A stretch of DNA of 64,000 bases from Calditrichia bacterium (GCA_963712885.1 CAVQJT010000026.1:32858-96857), one strand, 5' to 3'. Shown: positions 10,219-22,176, counted from the stretch's first letter. Numbers and translations: made by a program. Notes: generated by a model not told the origin, from the sequence alone.

Positions 10219-11191
10219 ATGCTCGATCTTGTGATTGTTGGTGCGGGACCAGCAGGTCTCTCCTGCGCCATAGCAGACTCACAATCATAATTTAAATTTT
10301 CAGATGCTCGAAAAAGGAAATATTGTAAATGCGATCATCAATTGTCCTGTAAACATGACTTTTTTTTCGACATCGGAACAACTCGAACTTGCAGGTATCC
10401 CATTTACCAGCGCCGGTTTTCGACCAACACGTCAGGAAGTCGTTCGCTATTACCAAACTCTTGCGGAACATTTTCAGTTAAATGTTCAACCAAATATCAA
10501 GGTTGAGCGAATCAATCGTAAAGACAACCACTTTGAGATAATTTCCAGCCGTCATAATAAAGAACAAAAGCTCGATGCCAGAAGTGTAATTCTGGCAACA
10601 GGTTTTTATGATAATCCCAATCGGTTAAATATCCCCGGTGAAGAGCTTCCCCATGTCAGTCATTACTATCGTGAAGCGTTTCCTTATTTTGGGCAGCGCG
10701 TTGTGATTGTGGGGGGTAAAAATTCTGCGGTCGAAGCGGCCCTGGAATTATTCAGGAGCGGGGCGAGGGTCACCATCGTTCACAGACGTCGGGAGATAAA
10801 TGAAAGTGTGAAGTACTGGATTCTGCCCGATATCGTCAACCGGATAAAGGAAGGTCGTATTGAGGCCTATTTTAATGCCCAGGCAAAAAAAATAACGCCA
10901 GATGCGATCGAGATCGATCAGAAGGGCGACATACGGAAGATTCCAGCTGATGCCGTCTTCCTCCTGACCGGCTATCACCCAGATACCGTACTGCTTAAGA
11001 CAGCCGGGATTCAAATCCATCCGGAAACACTGGAACCGCAGATAGACCCGGAAACGAATGCCTCAAATATTCCCGGTCTTTACCTGGCGGGCTCTTTAAT
11101 CGCCGGCAGAAATCCAAATCGTGTATTTATTGAGAATTCCAGGGAACATGGGGATCGTATTATACATGATATCGTCGCAAAACACACCTGA
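10219..11191 (+). CDS. ypdA: YpdA-family putative bacillithiol disulfide reductase (frameshift ~10277)
   Basis: ATG 10219 gives MLDLVIVGAGPAGLSCA; downstream ORF has EKGNIVNAI, MTFFST, VSHYY, GGKNSAVEAAL, VKYWILP, FIENSREHG. Confidence 0.85.
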
Positions 11192-11197
11192 ACCATA

Positions 11198-11226
11198 TTG
11201 ACTGCTGGGGTGAAAAAAACTATATT
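11198..11226 (+). promoter_or_regulatory. Sigma70-type promoter for the PTS operon
   Basis: TTGACT-17 nt-TATATT, 20 nt upstream of the IIC GTG start. Confidence 0.6.
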
Positions 11227-11246
11227 GCATTAAACTAAAGGTCTCA

Positions 11247-11924
11247 GTGGATAACATTTGGATAGGACTGATCGGCAGTCTGCTGGCACTTGATACCACC
11301 GTTGTTTTCCAGTTCCTTCTGTCCCAACCTCTCGTTACAGCCGCACTCCTGGGTTGGTTGATGGGTGATCTGCAACTCGGAATACAGGTCGGATTTTATC
11401 TTCAAATTCTGTGGTTAAGAAACATTCCTGTGGGCGGAGCAGTCGTTCCTGAGGGAAATGTAGCCGCTATCGTAACCACATGTCTTGTATTACGTTATCA
11501 CACCGATATGATCTATTTCAATTCGGTGTTGGTTCTCGCGGTCATTTACGGTGTAGCGGTTAGCTATCTGGGTGGGCAGTTGGTTGTACTCTACCGAAAA
11601 ATTAATGTGCAGATCCTGACTTGGGTGTTGAACGGACTTAAAAGAATGAAAATGGCGCCGCTTAATCTTGCTCCTTTTAGTTCCATGCTGATTTATTTCG
11701 GTTTGATGTTTATTCTGATTTATATCAGTCTTGTTTTTGGAGATCTGCTTTTTGATCAGATAAAAAATATGCCGGTTGCCTGGGATGACTATTTCCGATA
11801 TGGTTTGGTGGCCATACTTGGTCTGGGTGTCGGCTTGGTGATATCGCTCTATAAGGAGAAGGATGATCGATTATTATTGGCAATTGGATTTTTGATGGGA
11901 GGCATCGTATTTCTGATAAAATAA
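11247..11924 (+). CDS. PTS mannose/fructose/sorbose-family EIIC component
   Basis: Hydrophobic; SQPLV...GDLQLG...LQILWL...PVGG..PE resembles ManY; context. Confidence 0.85.
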   Translation: MDNIWIGLIGSLLALDTTVVFQFLLSQPLVTAALLGWLMGDLQLGIQVGFYLQILWLRNIPVGGAVVPEGNVAAIVTTCLVLRYHTDMIYFNSVLVLAVIYGVAVSYLGGQLVVLYRKINVQILTWVLNGLKRMKMAPLNLAPFSSMLIYFGLMFILIYISLVFGDLLFDQIKNMPVAWDDYFRYGLVAILGLGVGLVISLYKEKDDRLLLAIGFLMGGIVFLIK

Positions 11925-11938
11925 AAAATCAAAAAAAA

Positions 11939-12686
11939 TTGCTGTTATCGACGACATTCAGCTTATTCTTCAGGTCATTTCTGATTCAATCGGTATGGAA
12001 TTACCAGAGTTTGCTTTCGGTAGGGTTTTCCTTTAGCCTTAAACCGATCGCCAAAAAATTGTTTCGAAAGAAAAAGGAACGAGTGTCTTTTCTGAAACGG
12101 CATCTTGGTTTTTTTAATGCCCATCCCTTTTTTGCTTCCTATGCACTTGGCGCGATCAGCCGCTTGGAAGAAGATAATCCCGGCAACCATGAACTTGTTG
12201 ATCGGTTCAAGAACGCTTTAATTGGTCCCTTGGGCGCGATCGGTGACCAGACTATTTTGGGGAACGATAAAGCCCGGATGTATTTTGCTGGCCATGGTTG
12301 GAGTTTTGCTGATTGACAATATGTATTATCTGATCGGTTATATTTTTGTCATACTTATTTGCTACAATTTTCCGCATCTGCTCATAAGGTTTATCGGTCT
12401 CCGGGAAGGCTATCGGGAAGGGATTGACGTATATAAGTTACTGAATACCGTCCATTTCAAAAAATACCGCATATTTTACCGGATAATTGGTGCGTTAAGT
12501 CTTGGCTTTGTAATTGGATTCAGTATCCCTGAATATGGTCAGATCAATCCAATGCTGTCGGTCGTATTCGGGTTGAGTATTTGTGGGTCATATATGTTTC
12601 ATAAGTGGAAGCATTCGTTTTACCGGAACACGTTGATCATTTTATCGGCGTCTGTCCTAATCGGTATATTGATGGAGCATGTATGA
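11939..12686 (+). CDS. PTS mannose-family EIID component (frameshift ~12250)
   Basis: QSVWNY, RHLGFFNAHP, GPLGAIGD then LFWGTIKP in the next frame. Confidence 0.85.
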
Positions 12687-12955
12687 TCCAGGAGGAACTT
12701 CAAATTATTAATAAACATGGGCTGCATGCGCGGCCGGCGGCCCAGTTTGTCAAAATCGCCGGGCGATTCTCATCCGAAATCAAGGTGATCAAAGACGGTC
12801 TTGAGGTTAATGGAAAAAGTATTATGGGTATCATGATGCTTGCCGCCGAGCCGGGCAGCTATATCACGATTGTCGTGGACGGACCCGATGAGCATGATGC
12901 ATTTAATGCTTTAAAAGAACTCATTGCAAAAAAGTTCTATGAAGAAGAAAACTGA
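12683..12955 (+). CDS. ptsH: Phosphocarrier protein HPr
   Basis: GLHARPA (His15 motif) and NGKSIMG (Ser46 motif); ATG overlaps the IID stop. Confidence 0.96.
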   Translation: MIQEELQIINKHGLHARPAAQFVKIAGRFSSEIKVIKDGLEVNGKSIMGIMMLAAEPGSYITIVVDGPDEHDAFNALKELIAKKFYEEEN

Positions 12956-14711
12956 CAAGAGAACAGATGTGAAAATATCAGGACGTCGTGTCGTATCAGG
13001 CATGAGCATGGGGCCGGCGTTTTTATTTTATCAAAAAGCATTCCAACAGGCCGATTTATCCCTCAAAGCCGATGATACAGGACGGGAAATTAATGCAATA
13101 AAAGAAGCAATAAGACGTGTTGTTAATCTGTTAGAGGATTCTAAAAATAATATTCTCAACACGCATGATCAAAATTTTGCCGATATCTTTGAGGCTCAAA
13201 TCGCTATCCTGCAGGATCAATATCTTCTGAACGAACTGGTATCATACATCGGTGATAACACCTGCTCAGCTGCATATGCTGTTTTTATCGTGTTCCAGCA
13301 AAAACGAGAACAACTGCTGCGGAGGGGGGATACTTATTTTAGGGACCGGGCCTATGACATCCAGGATGTAATGACAAAATTACTCAATGTCCTTACGGGT
13401 GAACAGGTAGAACATCTTTTATCGGAACCTTCCATAATATTTGCTGATACACTTTCCCCTTCAGATACGGTTCATTTTCCGCGTGAAATGGTGCTTGGGT
13501 TTGTAACTGAAACAGGCGGCATTACCTCACACACAGCGATTATGTCACGTGCTCTGCATATACCATATGTCATCAGTGCCCAATCTTTAAAACGGATTAT
13601 TAAAGACGGGGACCATGTGTTACTTGACGGTTATCAGGGCCATATCTTGATAAATCCCGGCAAAAAAACAGCAGAAAAATTCAAGGCTGCCAGGAAAAAA
13701 TATGAAGTGGCTTATACAAGATTGTGTGCTGAATCCAATTTACCCGCTGTGACAACCGATGGATTTGAAATTGAGGTTATGGCCAATGTAGAGCTCATAC
13801 CCGAAATGGAAGAAGCACTGACGCTGGGTGCAGATGGTATCGGACTGTTGCGCACCGAATCAGCCTTTCTTGAAGCCGCCAGAATCACCGGTGAGCAGGA
13901 ACAGTATAATCTGTATCGCAAATTTTCAGAAGGCATGGCGGGCAAACCGGTGATTGTGAGAACAATTGATGCAGGAGGCGACAAGATAATTTCGCCCGAC
14001 TCAAGCAGAATAGAAAATAATCCCTTTCTAGGCTGGCGGGCAATAAGGTTCTGTCTGGATCAACCACATATTTTTAAAACGCAACTTCGTGCCATATTGC
14101 GCGCCAATACAAAAAATAATTTGAAAATTATGATACCGATGATTTCCTGTATACATGAAATACAGGAAACGCACCGTTTGCTTGAAGAGGCTAAGAAAGA
14201 ATTACGGCAGGAAAATATCCCATTTCATGACAAAATCGAGTTGGGCATAATGGTTGAAACCCCATCAGCGGCTTTAATGGCAGATAAATTTGCGGAAATG
14301 GTTGATTTTATGAGTATTGGAAGTAACGATCTCACCCAGTATACACTGGCGGTGGATCGTACTAATAGCAAAATCGCCCATTTATTTAATGATCTGCATC
14401 CGGCTGTATTACTCTTAATGCAAAGAACAAAACAGGCGGGTCAACGGTTTGGGAAAAAGGTTAGTATTTGCGGGGAGCTTGCCGGTAATCCAGAAGCGAT
14501 TGCGATCCTGCTTGGCCTTGGATTTACCAATTTTAGTCTAAGTCCGTCCATGATCCCGGTTATAAAAAAAGTCATCCGCTCACTTTCGGTAATGGATTGC
14601 ACGGCGTTAATCGAAAAAATAATGAATACATCATCATCCGCACTGGAAGTAAAGACAGGGGCGCGTAAATTTCTTGAAAAACACCTACCCGCATATCAGG
14701 GATTGATCTAA
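12939..14711 (+). CDS. ptsI: PTS enzyme I
   Basis: TSHTAIMSR phospho-His motif, GIGLLRTE, NPFLGWRAIR, SIGSNDLTQY, ICGELA. Confidence 0.96.
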   Translation: MKKKTDKRTDVKISGRRVVSGMSMGPAFLFYQKAFQQADLSLKADDTGREINAIKEAIRRVVNLLEDSKNNILNTHDQNFADIFEAQIAILQDQYLLNELVSYIGDNTCSAAYAVFIVFQQKREQLLRRGDTYFRDRAYDIQDVMTKLLNVLTGEQVEHLLSEPSIIFADTLSPSDTVHFPREMVLGFVTETGGITSHTAIMSRALHIPYVISAQSLKRIIKDGDHVLLDGYQGHILINPGKKTAEKFKAARKKYEVAYTRLCAESNLPAVTTDGFEIEVMANVELIPEMEEALTLGADGIGLLRTESAFLEAARITGEQEQYNLYRKFSEGMAGKPVIVRTIDAGGDKIISPDSSRIENNPFLGWRAIRFCLDQPHIFKTQLRAILRANTKNNLKIMIPMISCIHEIQETHRLLEEAKKELRQENIPFHDKIELGIMVETPSAALMADKFAEMVDFMSIGSNDLTQYTLAVDRTNSKIAHLFNDLHPAVLLLMQRTKQAGQRFGKKVSICGELAGNPEAIAILLGLGFTNFSLSPSMIPVIKKVIRSLSVMDCTALIEKIMNTSSSALEVKTGARKFLEKHLPAYQGLI

Positions 14712-14728
14712 AACAGGGAGAAAAAATT

Positions 14729-15773
14729 ATGTACACCGTCGACAAACTGAATTTTAAAAGATATTTGCGTGACTTTCCTAAACAAATTTTAGATACCTGG
14801 GATATTATCGGCAAAAGCAAGGTTAAGATAGATTACAAGCGCATAAATCATGTTTTACTGTTTGGTATGGGAGGATCAGCGATATCCGGTGAGGTGTACA
14901 AAAACATTTTTTCCGACAGGTTGTTACGGCCGGTTGAAATAATCCGAAATTATACGGCGCCATCTTATTGCGGGAAAGACACTCTTGTGATTGCCTGCAG
15001 CTGATTCAGGAAACACCGAAGAAACACTATCGGCCCTGGAAGAGGTGAAATCTTCAGGTTGCCAAATCGTCTGCATAACTTCAGGTGGTAAATTAAAAGA
15101 TCTGGCGAAAAACAATAAGTGGTCTGTGGTGCATATTCCAGGGGGATATCCACCCAGGCAGGCGTTCGGATATATTTTTACTCCGTTGCTTTACCTGCTA
15201 AATCCCTTACTTGCGCATGAAGTCGGGCATAATGAGGTTCAGAATCTCGCCCATCTTATACATTCGATGATTCAACGTCATGACGATATGATTGGGGAGG
15301 GCAAGCTTGCTCGCCAAAGATCTCGCTTTTGAGATTCATAATAAGATTCCGGTTGTTTATGCGGCTGCGCCAAACCTGGAAGCAGTGGCGCGACGCTGGA
15401 AAAATCAATTCCAGGAAAATGCCAAATCCATGGCATTTGCGAATGTAATTCCCGAAATGAATCATAATGAAATTGTTGGTTGGGAAATGGATCACAAATC
15501 TGTTCTGAATTGATTGTAATTTTCCTTGAAAGTGAGGATCTGCACCCCAGAATTTCGGCACGCCTTGCATTAACCAAAAACATAATTCACGATCGGGGTG
15601 CGGAAGTCGCTGAAATATATTCCGAAGGGAATACCCCGTTGGAACAAGCCATCTCCTTGATTTGCACCGGAGATTGGGTAAGTTATTATCTGGCTTTGAT
15701 TTATGAAAGAGATCCTGGAGCAATTGTAAATATTGATTTTTTGAAAACAGAGATGGAAAAGCAGCCAAAGTGA
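14729..15773 (+). CDS. Bifunctional phosphoglucose/phosphomannose isomerase, SIS fold (frameshifts ~15001, ~15310, ~15510)
   Basis: GMGGSAI, SGNTEET, ITSGG, PPRQA, RRWKNQFQENAK, PEMNHNEIVGW across four consecutive ORF pieces. Confidence 0.88.
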
Positions 15774-15833
15774 TTGTTTAACGTTATTCAAACTGTAAAT
15801 TAACTGGCATTAAAAATAATAAGGAATACATGA

Positions 15834-16979
15834 ATGGCAGATTATATTTTTAGTTCTGAATCTGTAACGGAAGGGCATCCTGATAAGGTTGCCGATCAGA
15901 TTTCTGATGCGATACTGGATGAAGTATTAAAAGAAGATCCATATGGGCGCGTGGCTTGCGAAACATTTGTAACAACCGGATTGACCCTGATTGGCGGAGA
16001 GATTACAACAAAATGTTATGTTGATATTCCCAGTGTAGCCCGAGATGTTATTAAAGATATCGGATATACAGATGCCAAATATGGTTTTGATTATGAAACC
16101 TGTGCTATTCTAACCTCCATCGATCAGCAATCGCCTGATATCGCTATGGGTGTCGATCGAGCAGGAGCAGGTGACCAGGGGATGATGTTTGGTTATGCAA
16201 CAAAAGAAACACCAGAATTTATGCCGCTGGCGATTCACCTGGCTCATAAACTAACCCAACGATTGGCTGAGTGCGCGGAAAAACGGGTGAAATTCCATTT
16301 TTGCGACCCGATGGTAAATCACAGGTTTCTGTGAGCTATGTAGACCATAAACCGGTTGCTGTTGAGAGTGTTGTAGTTTCAACTCAGCATGATCCGGATG
16401 TTGATAATGAAACAATTCGAAAAGAAGTGATTGATAAAGTGATCAAAAAAAGTATTCCGAAAGAATCTGCTAAAAGATAAACAATGTCAAGTATTTTATC
16501 AATCCGACCGGAAGATTTGTTATTGGTGGTCCAAAGGGTGATGCTGGTTTGACCGGACGAAAAATAATCGTCGATACCTATGGTGGTGCTTATTCGCATG
16601 GCGGCGGTGCTTTTTCCGGTAAAGATCCTACAAAAGTTGACCGTTCCGCTTCATATTTTGCCCGCTATGTCGCCAAAAATGTTGTTGCTGCTGATCTGGC
16701 CGAACGATGCGGTATTCAGGTCGCTTATGCAATTGGTGTGGCTGAGCCGGTTTCTCTAATGGTCGATACGTTTGGAACCGGAAAAATTGAGGATCAGTAA
16801 ACTATCAGAATCTGTTACTGAAGATATTTGATTTTACACCAGGCGGAATCATCGAAGCACTGCAATTGTTGAGACCAATCTATCGTAAAACGGCTGCTTA
16901 TGGACATTTTGGCCGTTCGGAAAAAGATTTTACCTGGGAAAAAACCGATCGGGTAAAAGATTTTCTAAAGGAAGTATAA
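15834..16979 (+). CDS. metK: S-adenosylmethionine synthetase (several frameshifts)
   Basis: [62 protein letters not shown]; stop TAA 16977-16979. Confidence 0.96.
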
Positions 16980-16982
16980 AAT

Positions 16983-17010
16983 AAAGCGGAACATAGTTCC
17001 GCTTTTTTTT
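16983..17010. terminator. Intrinsic terminator between convergent metK and HD-GYP genes
   Basis: AAAGCGGAAC-ATA-GTTCCGCTTT plus T tract. Confidence 0.85.
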
Positions 17011-18320
17011 AATCTGCGGTATTCCCGCAGATAGTATCGCATGAAGATATTTTCGATTTCCAGTTCCTGGTCGGATTTGCTCGATTTACTACGAATTTCA
17101 ACAATATCCCAGAGGTATAAGTCCTTGAGTCTTGTAATTCATCCTCGGTCAATTTCCTCTGTGTGACCAAATTCGAGGATGAGGATCAGGTGGTTCAAGC
17201 GGTATAAATTTAAAATTATACACCACATAGGGTTCAAATGCAGTACCGGTCTCCTTCTCGATGATTTCCATTACTTTGTCGAGTTCCATCCGGTCCTGAT
17301 AGGGTTTGCGGGAAGTTAGTGCATCAAAGACATCGGCTACAGCCATAATTTTCGCACCCAGTGGTATATTATCGCCACGTAATCCTTCAGGATAACCAGT
17401 TCCATCAATTCTCTCATGATGGCTTGATGCAATTTGCGGGATATCTGGAACTTTTTTGGAAAATGAATTTTTTGCAGAATACTTTTTGTGATTACGCGTG
17501 TCCTTTTATGATTTCATATTCATCTTCAGACAGTTTTCGATCCTTGAACAACACAATTTCAGGAACACCGATTTTACCGATATCATGAAGCAGTGCCGAA
17601 TAGTAGAGTAATTCCCGTGTTGCCAGATCGAGTTTCATCAATTGTTGCAATCTCATTGTGTATAAAGGCAACACGTCGTGAATGTCCGGCAGTGATATAA
17701 TCACGTGTATCCAGGGTTGTTGCCAGCGTTTCAATAAAACTTATAAAGGATCTTTTCTGATCTTCATATAACTGTGCATTCTCTATGGCTGAAGCGGCAA
17801 TCAAAGCAATTGCGGAAAGCAGATCTTCATCATCACCGTTAAATCCTCCCTCTTTTTTGTTAAGCACCTGAAACACACCGATTGTTTCCTGCATTTTGTT
17901 CTTCATCGGGAGACATAGAATAGATTTTGTGTGATAGCCGGTTTTTTTATCAATTTCCGGATTAAACCGATCATCCTTATAGGCATCTGGAATATTTAGG
18001 ATTTCTCCTGATTTGAAAACAGGAACCGGCAATACCTCTTTCCGCTGGAAATCGGATTTCCTTTTTGACACCAGTCGCCACTTTTGACCAGAGTTCGTCC
18101 TTATCTTCATCGTATAGAAAAACAGTACAACGATCGGCCTTGAGGATTTTTTTTACATCGGTTGTAATGCGCTGTAAAAGTTTTACCAGATTTAGTTCGC
18201 TGGAAAGTGAGTGGGTAATATTGAAGAAGAGCATTCAGTTGGTTTTTCTTTTCCTGCAAAATCAGCAGGTCGGTCTTTAATTTGTTTATATCTGTTCATC
18301 TTATCACTCGATTTCTTCAT
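17009..18320 (-). CDS. GAF + HD-GYP domain cyclic di-nucleotide phosphodiesterase (multiple frameshifts)
   Basis: GAF: ADRCTVFLYD, DAYKDDRFNPEID..TGY.TKSILC, QVLNK; HD-GYP: TAGHSRRVA, LLHDIGKIG, HHERIDGTGYPEGL, AVADVFDALTS.KPY. Confidence 0.88.
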
Positions 18321-18481
18321 AATCGGCGTCTTCAATATCTAAGTTCTTGTTTTTGGTTCTGTCTTGATGTTCCTTTCCTTTTATATTCGGATTTTTTTTT
18401 GCCGGCTGTAATATTCGTTTAATCAGACGGATAAAAAAATAAATGGTCAGGGCCACTAATAAGAAGACGAATCAATCCCAT
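18304..18481 (-). CDS. Small single-pass membrane protein ending in DADYEEIE (one frameshift)
   Basis: Reconstructed MGLIRLLLVALTIYFFIRLIKRILQPAKK...LDIEDADYEEIE*; overlaps the HD-GYP start. Confidence 0.6.
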
Positions 18482-18491
18482 TTCGTTCTAC

Positions 18492-19138
18492 CTATATTTT
18501 ATGCGGAATATAATATCGTGTACCGGAGGTATGGTGATTTATTTCAAAAAGAATATCTTTGTAGTCATTTTCATTATGTACAAAATCTATTTCATCTGTA
18601 TTGATTACCAGCAATGGTGCATCCGATATAATGGAAGAAAAAATCGTTATACAATTCATTTAGGGCTTTGATATAATCCTCTGAAATGCTTTTTTCCATT
18701 TTTCTGCCGCGTTTACGGATATGATTCATCAAGTGATCGGTTGAAGACTGGAGATAAATGACCAGATCCGCTTTTACGATATCTTTTTCCATTAATTTGG
18801 CAATACCGTCATATAATTTCATTTCTTTTTCATTCAGGGTCAGCGTGGCAAAAATACGGTCTTTGGCAAAAAGATAATCACTGACAACACAATCGTGAAA
18901 AAGATCTATCTGATGCAGTTCCTGCTGTTGTTTGTAGCGACTCATCAGGAAAAATATCTGTGTTTGAAAAGCAAATCGTTCCGGATCCTCATAGAATTCT
19001 TCCAGGAATGGATTTTTTTCGAATTCTTCATAAATTGCTTTAGCACCCATTGTCTGACTTAAGCGGGCGGTCAGACTTGTTTTTCCGGCTCCGATGACAC
19101 CCTCAATTGCAATATATCTTAAATCCTCCAGTGGCCAT
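18492..19138 (-). CDS. Deoxynucleoside kinase (frameshifted near 3' end; start approximate)
   Basis: YIAIEGVIGAGKTS P-loop, NPFLEEFY, FQTQIFFL.SR, DLVIYLQ, IRKRGR. Confidence 0.9.
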
Positions 19139-19143
19139 ATGAT

Positions 19144-19648
19144 TCACCAGTTCATTTCCAATTTTTGAACTTTGGATTGATCTGGACAGTTCATCAATAA
19201 TTCAGAAACCGGTATTATCTCATTGTTCATAAGTACAGATTTTCAGTTAACTCTCTGAGTGGGTTCCAGAACAAACCTTCGTTCGCGAAAACGTGGGTGC
19301 GGAATCGATCAACTCCTGTCTCATTAATGCGAGATCTGAATCACACCAGATAATGTCAATATCGATAATTCTTGGGCCCCAGCGCTGACCGGATACTCAC
19401 GACCCGATTCTTTCTCAATTTCTTTTAATTTTATCAGTAATTGATGCAGGATTACAGAATTGAATTTAATGCGAATTATGGCATTATAAAATTCTGATTG
19501 CTCTCTAAATCCCCAGGGATCGGTCATAAAAATACTTGATTTACCGGTGATTTTGCCAATATCTTCAAGATACATGACCGCCTTTTGCATATGATTCCAA
19601 ACGGGGTTCAATATTTGAACCCAGACTCAGATAATATTTATACATCAT
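19144..19648 (-). CDS. folK: 6-hydroxymethyl-7,8-dihydropterin pyrophosphokinase (frameshifts)
   Basis: YLSLGSN, FYNA, GPRIIDID, PHPRFRERRFVLEP. Confidence 0.88.
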
Positions 19649-20000
19649 CGCGGCTTCTTTTGATTTCGATTTCAATATGATCCAAAAATCCTTTCAGCGG
19701 TACATGTGGTTTGCGCACCCGAATGAGACACGGAGGAAACCGGTGGGCATCCAGTATTTGTCGGCAATTCGTTCGGCAACGGTTTCCAGGAGTTTGAATT
19801 TATAATTTTCAAAAGCATCTTTTGCGATGGAATAGATTTTGCGATAATCAATGGTTTTTTTCAAATCATCCTGTTGGCAGCCTGCCTAAGGTCACAGTTA
19901 CTTCAATATCCAGTTCAAAACGCTGGCCAAGTTCACGTTCGGCCTCATAATAACCATGATGTGCATAAAATACAATATTCGTCAGTTTAATAATATCCAT
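19638..20000 (-). CDS. folB: Dihydroneopterin aldolase (frameshifts)
   Basis: MDIIKLTNIVFYAHHG..EAERELGQRFELD, TIDY, LLETVAE, VRKPHVP. Confidence 0.9.
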
Positions 20001-20131
20001 AGTTCTTGATTCTAGCCACCATGCTTGCATTAAAGCCCAAATATATTACAATACTCTTTTTTTATCAAACGAATTCTGTATGAAGGGAAGCGGTATGATT
20101 GTGTAATAACCGTATACTGCGGGTGAGAAAT

Positions 20132-20163
20132 AAAAAACCCCGGTCTTTGACAGACCGGGGTTT
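20132..20163 (-). terminator. Intrinsic terminator of groESL
   Basis: AAACCCCGGTCT-TTGAC-AGACCGGGGTTT with a U tract on the minus strand. Confidence 0.9.
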
Positions 20164-20182
20164 GGAAAGATGAATCGGGATA

Positions 20183-21820
20183 TTAATACATACCGCCCAT
20201 TCCGCCTCCAGGAGGCATTGGAGGTGCTGGGGGTTCTTTCTCCGGTTTGTCGGCGATCAGAGCTTCGGTCATCAGCAGCAGACCGGCAACGGAAGAAGCA
20301 TTCTCCAGAGCCGTACGGGTTACTTTGGTCGGATCGATAATACCGGCTTCAAAGAGATCTTCGATACTTCTCTTTTGCGGCATTATATCCATAAGCACCT
20401 TCTTTTGCTCTTGACATGTTCGACAATTACAGCACCTTCTTTGCCGGCATTGGCAACGATCTGACGGATCGGTTCTTCAATTGCACGTTTTACAATATTG
20501 ACACCAATCTGATTGTCGGGATCGTTGACTTTCATTTTATCCAGTGCTTTAATGCAGCGCAGCAGAGCAACACCACCACCGGGAACAATACCTTCTTCAA
20601 CGGCAGCACGGGTTGCATGCAGGGCATCTTCAACACGGGCTTTTTTCTCTTTCATTTCAACTTCAGTAGCAGCACCGATTTTCAGTACTGCAACACCACC
20701 GGCCAGTTTCGCCAGATCGTTCCTGCAATTTTTCACGATCATAATCGCTGGTGGTATTCTCAATCTGGGCGCGAATCTGATCAACACGACCCTTGAATTT
20801 CGGCTTTTTTGCCGGCACCTTCAACGATTGTCGTATTATCTTTGTCAATGGTGACACGTTTGGCCGAACCAAGATCGGTCGTGGTCGTATTTTCCAGTTT
20901 AAAACCGGCTTCTTCACTGATCACACGACCACCGGTCAGGATGGCAATATCTTCCAGCATCGCTTTTCTGCGATCGCCAAAACCAGGTGCTTTAACAGCG
21001 GCGATTTTCAGCGTACCGCGCAATTTGTTAACAACCATTGTGGCCAGAGCTTCACCTTCGATATCTTCGGCAATGATTCAGCAGGCTTTTACCCATCTGG
21101 GCAACTTTTTCAAGTATCGGCAGAAGATCTTTCATGTTGCTGATCTTTTTGTCGTGGATCAGGATAATCGGATCTTCCAGAATCAGCTTCCATACTCTCA
21201 GCATCGGTGACAAAATAGGGTGAAACATAACCACGATCAAACTGCATACCTTCGACAACATCAAGCGAAGTTTCAATTGACTTTGCTTCTTCAACCGTAA
21301 TGACGCCATCTTTACCAACTTTTTCCATTGCATCGGCAATCAGATTACCGATGGTTTCATCATTATTGGCAGAAATGGAACCAACCTGTGCGATTTCTTT
21401 TTTACCGGCAACTTCACGGCTCATTTTTTTTAATTCGTCAACAACCGTCGCAACAGCCATTTCAATGCCTTTTTTCAATTCAGTCGGATTGGCACCGGCT
21501 GTGACGTTGCGAAGACCTTCGTTATAAATTGCCTGAGCCAGAATGGTGGCAGTCGTTGTTCCGTCACCGGCAACATCACTGGTTTTGGATGCCACTTCTT
21601 TAACCATCTGTGCACCCATGTTCTCCATCGGATCTTCCAGTTCAATTTCTTTGGCAACGGTGACACCATCTTTTGTAATGGTCGGTGCTCCAAATTTTTT
21701 ATCGATAACCACATTACGGCCTTTTGGACCCAGGGTTACTTTTACAGCCTTCGCCAGTTGATCAATACCTTTTTTCAGCTTGGCGCGGGCTTCACTATCA
21801 TATTCAATAATTTTTGCCAT
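20183..21820 (-). CDS. groL: Chaperonin GroEL (multiple frameshifts)
   Basis: [51 protein letters not shown]-terminal GGMGGMY. Confidence 0.98.
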
Positions 21821-21845
21821 TATTTCCTCCGTCTATTTATTTTGC

Positions 21846-22130
21846 TTATATTATTGCCAGAATATCGCTCTCACGAACGATAAGATAATCTTTTCCTTCA
21901 ATTGTTACGTCCGTACCGGAATACTTTCCGTAAAGAACCTTGTCGCCCACTTTGACTTCCAGTTTGATCAATTCGCCAGTATCAGCGATTTTGCCCGGTC
22001 CAACAGCAACAACTTTACCCATCTGCGGTTTTTCTTTTGCCGTATCAGGAAGATAGATCCCACCACTGGTCTTCTCTTCTGCTTCCAGCGGTTGAATCAC
22101 AACACGATCTGATAAAGGTTTAATCTTCAT
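21846..22130 (-). CDS. groS: Co-chaperonin GroES
   Basis: [36 protein letters not shown]; RBS AGGAGG. Confidence 0.98.
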   Translation of the reverse strand: MKIKPLSDRVVIQPLEAEEKTSGGIYLPDTAKEKPQMGKVVAVGPGKIADTGELIKLEVKVGDKVLYGKYSGTDVTIEGKDYLIVRESDILAII

Positions 22131-22176
22131 GATTCCTCCTTTAATTCTTTTATGTTTAGTCATTTATCTATACTTG

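Noticed and set aside
16792-16803. Stop-codon readthrough or alternative genetic code in metK, rpsA and others
   Set aside because: Homology resumes in a different frame after each stop, so these are indels. TAA, TAG and TGA all end intact genes normally.
20183-21820. groEL (and metK, rpsA, folK) as true pseudogenes or programmed frameshifts
   Set aside because: These are essential genes with undegraded motifs, an intact CIRCE and terminator, and no slippery sites. Sequencing error is far more likely.
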